Sequence record: DRR723986_14703
Length of the DNA: 54,418 nucleotides
Reading direction: 5' to 3' (one strand)
Under the pieces are notes generated by a model. That model was not told the origin of the DNA and did no database searches. It saw only the letters and a program-made list of their open reading frames with translations. Both the position numbers and the translations under genes were made by a program. Positions 50,152 to 54,418 of the stretch are shown here, in pieces. Each line of letters begins with the position of its first letter. The first letter of the stretch is position 1.

Positions 50152-50679
50152 TTATGCTTCCGCTCTTTCGGAAAGCGTTTTAATAATACCTGCAATTGTA
50201 CCACCTCCAGACTTAAGTCCAGAAATAACGTTTTTAGCAGGCGATTGAAGTAAACCAATGATTTCTCCGATAAGCTCTTCTTTGCTTTTGATTGAACTTA
50301 GGAAGTCTAAGTTTTCATCTCCAGTGTAGATAGCTTCTTCGATAAAAGCACCTTTAATAAGTGGTTTATCGAATTTCTTTCTGAAATCTTTAATCAACTT
50401 CGCAGGAGCATTTCCTACTTCAGAGAACATGATTGCAGTAGGACCAGCTAGAACACCGTGAAGGCCTTCGTAGTTCTTATCCTCAATCTTGTCCATAGCT
50501 TTTTTAAGTAAAGTGTTTTTTACCACCTTTAACTCAATATTGCTTTTGAAACATTTTTCTCTTAAAGTATTAACTGATTCAACATCTAATCCTGCTGTGT
50601 CAGTCAAATAGAAAACACCCGTTTCAGACAATTTGGTTGCCAAATCGTCAATGTACTGTGATTTTTCCTCTTTCGTCAT
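50152..50679 (-). CDS. rplJ: 50S ribosomal protein L10
   Basis: VVKNTLL, SKEELIGEIIGLLQSPA; synteny. Confidence 0.98.
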   Translation of the reverse strand: MTKEEKSQYIDDLATKLSETGVFYLTDTAGLDVESVNTLREKCFKSNIELKVVKNTLLKKAMDKIEDKNYEGLHGVLAGPTAIMFSEVGNAPAKLIKDFRKKFDKPLIKGAFIEEAIYTGDENLDFLSSIKSKEELIGEIIGLLQSPAKNVISGLKSGGGTIAGIIKTLSERAEA

Positions 50680-50692
50680 AATCGAGTGTTAT

Positions 50693-51388
50693 TTAGCTTG
50701 CAAAACTTTTTGCGTCAATACTAATACTAGGAGACATTGTAGAGCTCAAGTAGATGCTCTTAATGTAAATTCCTTTTGCAGCTGTTGGTTTTAATTTTAC
50801 AATTGTTTGTAATAACTCGTTCGCATTTTCTTCAATTTTAGCAGCATCAAAAGACGCTTTTGCTACAGAAGAATGTACGATTCCGAATTTGTCAACTCTA
50901 AAATCGATTTTACCAGCTTTCACTTCAGTTACCGCTTTACCGATCTCCATGGTTACAGTACCTGTTTTAGGATTTGGCATTAAACCTCTTGGTCCTAATA
51001 CTCTACCTAAAGCACCTACTTTACCCATAACAGATGGCATAGTGATGATAACATCAATATCAGTCCATCCACCTTTAATTTTAGTGATGTAATCGTCTAG
51101 ACCAACGTGATCAGCACCGGCAGCTTTTGCTTCTTCTTCTTTGTCAGGAGTACATAATACCAATACTTTGATATCTTTTCCTGTTCCGTGAGGAAGTGCA
51201 ACAGTACCACGTACCATTTGGTTAGCTTTTCGCGGGTCAACCCCTAGTCTTACTGCTAAATCAACAGAAGCATCAAATTTAGTATTGGAAATTTCCTTTA
51301 CTAAACTACAAGCCTCTTTCAAGGTGTAAGCCTTATCTTGATCAATTTTTGCCAAGATCTCTTTTCTTTTCTTACTTATTCTTGCCAT
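50693..51388 (-). CDS. rplA: 50S ribosomal protein L1
   Basis: [29 protein letters not shown]. Confidence 0.99.
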   Translation of the reverse strand: MARISKKRKEILAKIDQDKAYTLKEACSLVKEISNTKFDASVDLAVRLGVDPRKANQMVRGTVALPHGTGKDIKVLVLCTPDKEEEAKAAGADHVGLDDYITKIKGGWTDIDVIITMPSVMGKVGALGRVLGPRGLMPNPKTGTVTMEIGKAVTEVKAGKIDFRVDKFGIVHSSVAKASFDAAKIEENANELLQTIVKLKPTAAKGIYIKSIYLSSTMSPSISIDAKSFAS

Positions 51389-51395
51389 AGCTCAA

Positions 51396-51839
51396 TTATT
51401 TAGATTCAGGAAATGCGCCTTGAACAGTGATACCCATACTTCTTGCAGTACCGGCTACCATTTTCATTGCAGATTCAACTTTAAAAGCATTCATGTCCTG
51501 AATTTTATCTTCAGCGATTGCTCTTACTTGATCCCAAGTAACTTTTGCTACTTTTACTCTGTTTGGTTCAGCAGAACCAGATTTTAACTTTGCTGCTTCT
51601 AATAATTGCACAGCTACCGGAGGAGTTTTTACGATAAAATCGAATGATTTATCGCCATAAACTGTAATCACTACCGGCAATACTTTTCCAGCTTTCTCTT
51701 GGGTTCTAGCGTTAAACTGCTTACAGAACTCCATGATGTTCACACCTTTCGCACCTAATGCAGGTCCTACTGGTGGTGCTGGATTAGCTGCTCCACCTTT
51801 AATTTGAAGCTTGATTAATCCATCAACTTGTTTTGCCAT
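51396..51839 (-). CDS. rplK: 50S ribosomal protein L11
   Basis: [28 protein letters not shown]. Confidence 0.99.
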   Translation of the reverse strand: MAKQVDGLIKLQIKGGAANPAPPVGPALGAKGVNIMEFCKQFNARTQEKAGKVLPVVITVYGDKSFDFIVKTPPVAVQLLEAAKLKSGSAEPNRVKVAKVTWDQVRAIAEDKIQDMNAFKVESAMKMVAGTARSMGITVQGAFPESK

Positions 51840-51931
51840 TTTGCTTTGTTTTTAGTAGTACTATCATGCGTTAATCGCGGACGGGAAGCATTCAGAACGT
51901 CTACGTAGCACTCCTACTTGTTAATATACTC

Positions 51932-52483
51932 TTAACTGTTTTTATCGACTTGCATGTAATTTAACTCCAATGGAGTTTTACGGCCGAATATTTTCACCAT
52001 CACCTCTAACTTCTTCTTCTCTTCATTAATATTTTCAATCACTCCGTTAAATCCGTTGAATGGACCGTCAATTACTTTAACAGTTTCTCCAACAACGTAA
52101 GGAATGTTTAATTCTTCTTCTTGTTCAGCAAGTTCATCTACTTTTCCTAAAATTCTATGCACTTCATTTTGTCTCATTGGCATAGGATCTCCTCCTTTGA
52201 CATTTGACATAAATCCGATTACATTAGGAACACTTTTGATGATGTGTTGAACTTCACCTTCTAATACTGCCTCAATAAGGACGTATCCAGGAAGATAATT
52301 TCTTTCTTTACTGATTTTTTTACCATTTCTAATTTGATAAACTTTTTCAGTAGGGATCAATACTTGACCAACAAGGTGGTCAATTTTGTGGCGTTTGATT
52401 TCAAGTTCGATATAATCACGAACTTTTTTTTCTTTACCACCAATTGCTCTAACAACGTACCAACGTTTTTTTACTTCAGACAT
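51932..52483 (-). CDS. nusG: Transcription termination/antitermination factor NusG
   Basis: WYVV, PGYVLIE, KOW motif DGPFNGFNG, IFGRKTP. Confidence 0.99.
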   Translation of the reverse strand: MSEVKKRWYVVRAIGGKEKKVRDYIELEIKRHKIDHLVGQVLIPTEKVYQIRNGKKISKERNYLPGYVLIEAVLEGEVQHIIKSVPNVIGFMSNVKGGDPMPMRQNEVHRILGKVDELAEQEEELNIPYVVGETVKVIDGPFNGFNGVIENINEEKKKLEVMVKIFGRKTPLELNYMQVDKNS

Positions 52484-52490
52484 TTATCCT

Positions 52491-52742
52491 CTATTTATAA
52501 GCTCCAATAATATCGTAGTAAATACCTAAAAGGCCTTTCCACAATCCACTTGATTGCACTCCATCAACGAATTTCACATTGATTCCGAAAATGTAATCCA
52601 TTACGAATATGAGTAAAGCAAAAATTACCGAAGCAACAAGTACTACGATAGAACTACTTTGAAGTTGATCCCAAGTTGGCCAAGTCACTTTGTGAACTAG
52701 CTCGTTGTAAGACTCTTCAATATACTGTATAATGTTAGCCAC
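52491..52742 (-). CDS. secE: Preprotein translocase subunit SecE
   Basis: ELVHKVTWP + TM; between tRNA-Trp and nusG; GTG start. Confidence 0.95.
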   Translation of the reverse strand: MANIIQYIEESYNELVHKVTWPTWDQLQSSSIVVLVASVIFALLIFVMDYIFGINVKFVDGVQSSGLWKGLLGIYYDIIGAYK

Positions 52743-52784
52743 TATTCTTTATTTTTATTTACCTCAGCTTATGCTTTGGTTTAG

Positions 52785-52855
52785 CACGGGTGGAAGGATT
52801 CGAACCCTCATCAACGGTGTTGGAGACCGGCATTCTACCATTGAACTACACCCGT
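52785..52855 (-). tRNA. tRNA-Trp(CCA)
   Basis: Reverse complement ACGGGTGTAGTTCAATGGTAGAATGCCGGTCTCCAACACCG...GGTTCGAATCC...CACCCGTG. Confidence 0.96.
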
Positions 52856-52860
52856 AAAAC

Positions 52861-52911
52861 TTAGAGAGAAGTTGTCCCGTCTCGGCATTGCCAAGACGGG
52901 ACTCCCTCTAA
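52861..52911 (-). other. Long hairpin between tuf and tRNA-Trp (processing or termination structure)
   Basis: TAGAG...GTCCCGTCT-cggcattgcca-AGACGGGAC...CTCTA. Confidence 0.55.
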
Positions 52912-52927
52912 AATTATGTGTATTCTA

Positions 52928-54115
52928 TTAATCTAGAATCTTAGTCACCTGACCAGCACCTACTGTTCTACCACCCTCACGGATTGCGAATCTTAGTCCG
53001 TCGTTAATTGCAACTGGAACAATAAGATTTACAGTAATAGTTACGTTATCACCAGGCATTACCATTTCTCTTCCTTCTTCAAGGATGATTTCACCAGTAA
53101 CATCTGTTGTTCTTAAATAGAACTGTGGTCTGTACTTGTTATGAAATGGAGTGTGACGTCCACCTTCTTCTTTTTTCAAGATATATACTTCTGCTTGGAA
53201 TTTAGCGTGTGGCTTAATTGAACCAGGCTTAGCGATTACCATACCTCTTCTGATATCAGATTTCTCGATACCTCTTAATAAAAGACCTACGTTATCACCA
53301 GCTTCACCTCTATCCAAAATCTTTCTGAACATCTCAACACCAGTTACAGTAGAAGCTAATTTTTCATCACCCATTCCGATAATGTCAACCTCTTCACCAG
53401 AGTTAATTACACCAGTTTCGATTTTTCCTGTAGCAACAGTTCCACGACCAGTAATTGAGAATACATCCTCAACAGGCATTAAGAAATCTTTATCAACTTC
53501 TCTAGTTGGTAATTCAATCCACTCATCAACTTTAGCCATCAACTCATTGATAGACTCTTCCCATTTTGGCTCACCGTTTAATCCACCTAATGCAGATCCA
53601 GCGATTACTGGAGTATTATCTCCGTCATACTCGTAGAAAGATAATAGATCTCTGATTTCCATTTCAACAAGCTCTAATAACTCTTCGTCATCAACCATGT
53701 CTACTTTGTTCATGAAAACTACCATTCTAGGTACACCAACTTGTCTTCCTAATAGGATGTGCTCTCTTGTTTGAGGCATTGGCCCATCAGTAGCAGCAAC
53801 TACTAAGATAGCACCGTCCATTTGAGCTGCACCAGTTACCATGTTTTTTACATAATCGGCGTGACCAGGACAATCTACGTGAGCGTAGTGTCTGTTAGCT
53901 GTTTCGTATTCAACGTGTGAAGTATTAATAGTAATACCTCTTTCTTTTTCTTCTGGAGCGTTGTCGATTGTATCGAAATCTCTTACTTCAGCACCACCTG
54001 CTTTACCTAATACAACAGTAATAGCAGCAGTTAAAGTAGTCTTCCCGTGATCAACGTGTCCAATTGTCCCAATATTAACGTGTGGTTTGGAACGATCAAA
54101 ATTTTCCTTAGCCAT
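52928..54115 (-). CDS. tuf: Elongation factor Tu
   Basis: [31 protein letters not shown]. Confidence 0.99.
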   Translation of the reverse strand: MAKENFDRSKPHVNIGTIGHVDHGKTTLTAAITVVLGKAGGAEVRDFDTIDNAPEEKERGITINTSHVEYETANRHYAHVDCPGHADYVKNMVTGAAQMDGAILVVAATDGPMPQTREHILLGRQVGVPRMVVFMNKVDMVDDEELLELVEMEIRDLLSFYEYDGDNTPVIAGSALGGLNGEPKWEESINELMAKVDEWIELPTREVDKDFLMPVEDVFSITGRGTVATGKIETGVINSGEEVDIIGMGDEKLASTVTGVEMFRKILDRGEAGDNVGLLLRGIEKSDIRRGMVIAKPGSIKPHAKFQAEVYILKKEEGGRHTPFHNKYRPQFYLRTTDVTGEIILEEGREMVMPGDNVTITVNLIVPVAINDGLRFAIREGGRTVGAGQVTKILD

Positions 54116-54366
54116 AATCTACAATTGTTTATTTATTATTTATTTATCAAATTATACAAACCTATAAAACACACCTTAAAAAAGTGTGTACTTATCCCGT
54201 TGAGCGATTGACTTCATTTGAACGTTTTCAAACTATCTCGCAATTACTCATTTTTCAGTGATTTTCTTCAACACAACCCTCTCCTCATTAAATCACTAAA
54301 ATCACTAATGACGCTATCTCTCTGCATCAGGGTTATCAGCTCAACATCCAATCACTTACCCTTTCG

Positions 54367-54418
54367 AGCCAATGACGGGAATTGAACCCGTGACCTCTTC
54401 CTTACCAAGGAAACGCTC
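54367..54418 (-). tRNA. tRNA-Thr(GGT), 5' end outside the window
   Basis: Reverse complement GAGCGTTTCCTTGGTAAGGAAGAGGTCACGGGTTCAATTCCCGTCATTGGCT; usual position upstream of tuf. Confidence 0.93.

Overview
AT-rich bacterial chromosomal segment from a Bacteroidota organism. This assignment is an inference from TAnnTTTG (-7)/TTG (-33) promoters, A-rich translation starts without Shine-Dalgarno sites, T9SS C-terminal domains, a GldN-like gene and DUF3467 after rpoC; a Flavobacteriales/Crocinitomicaceae-like lineage is plausible. The right ~13 kb is the core cluster tRNA-Thr-tuf-tRNA-Trp-secE-nusG-rplKAJL-rpoBC-DUF3467 on the minus strand. The left ~41 kb mixes housekeeping genes (tyrS, NAD kinase, pdxJ, ppk1/ppx, ppa, Dus, tRNA-Gly/tRNA-Leu) with poorly characterised modules: two RimK paralogs each paired with a different peptidase; an SDR plus steroid 5-alpha-reductase pair; a GbsR-type regulator with a 24-bp palindromic operator ahead of tandem paralogous membrane proteins, SRPBCC and TIGR01777; two SpoIIE sensor phosphatases; an M48 peptidase plus beta-barrel pair; a deiodinase-like lipoprotein; and three T9SS cargo proteins. 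Non-coding signals include a candidate sRNA/attenuator before ppk1, nested REP-like palindromes, heptamer tandem repeats, candidate Crp/Fnr sites and candidate leaderless genes. No CRISPR array, transposase, integrase, reverse transcriptase, prophage or rRNA was seen. All family calls come from motif recognition, not database searches.
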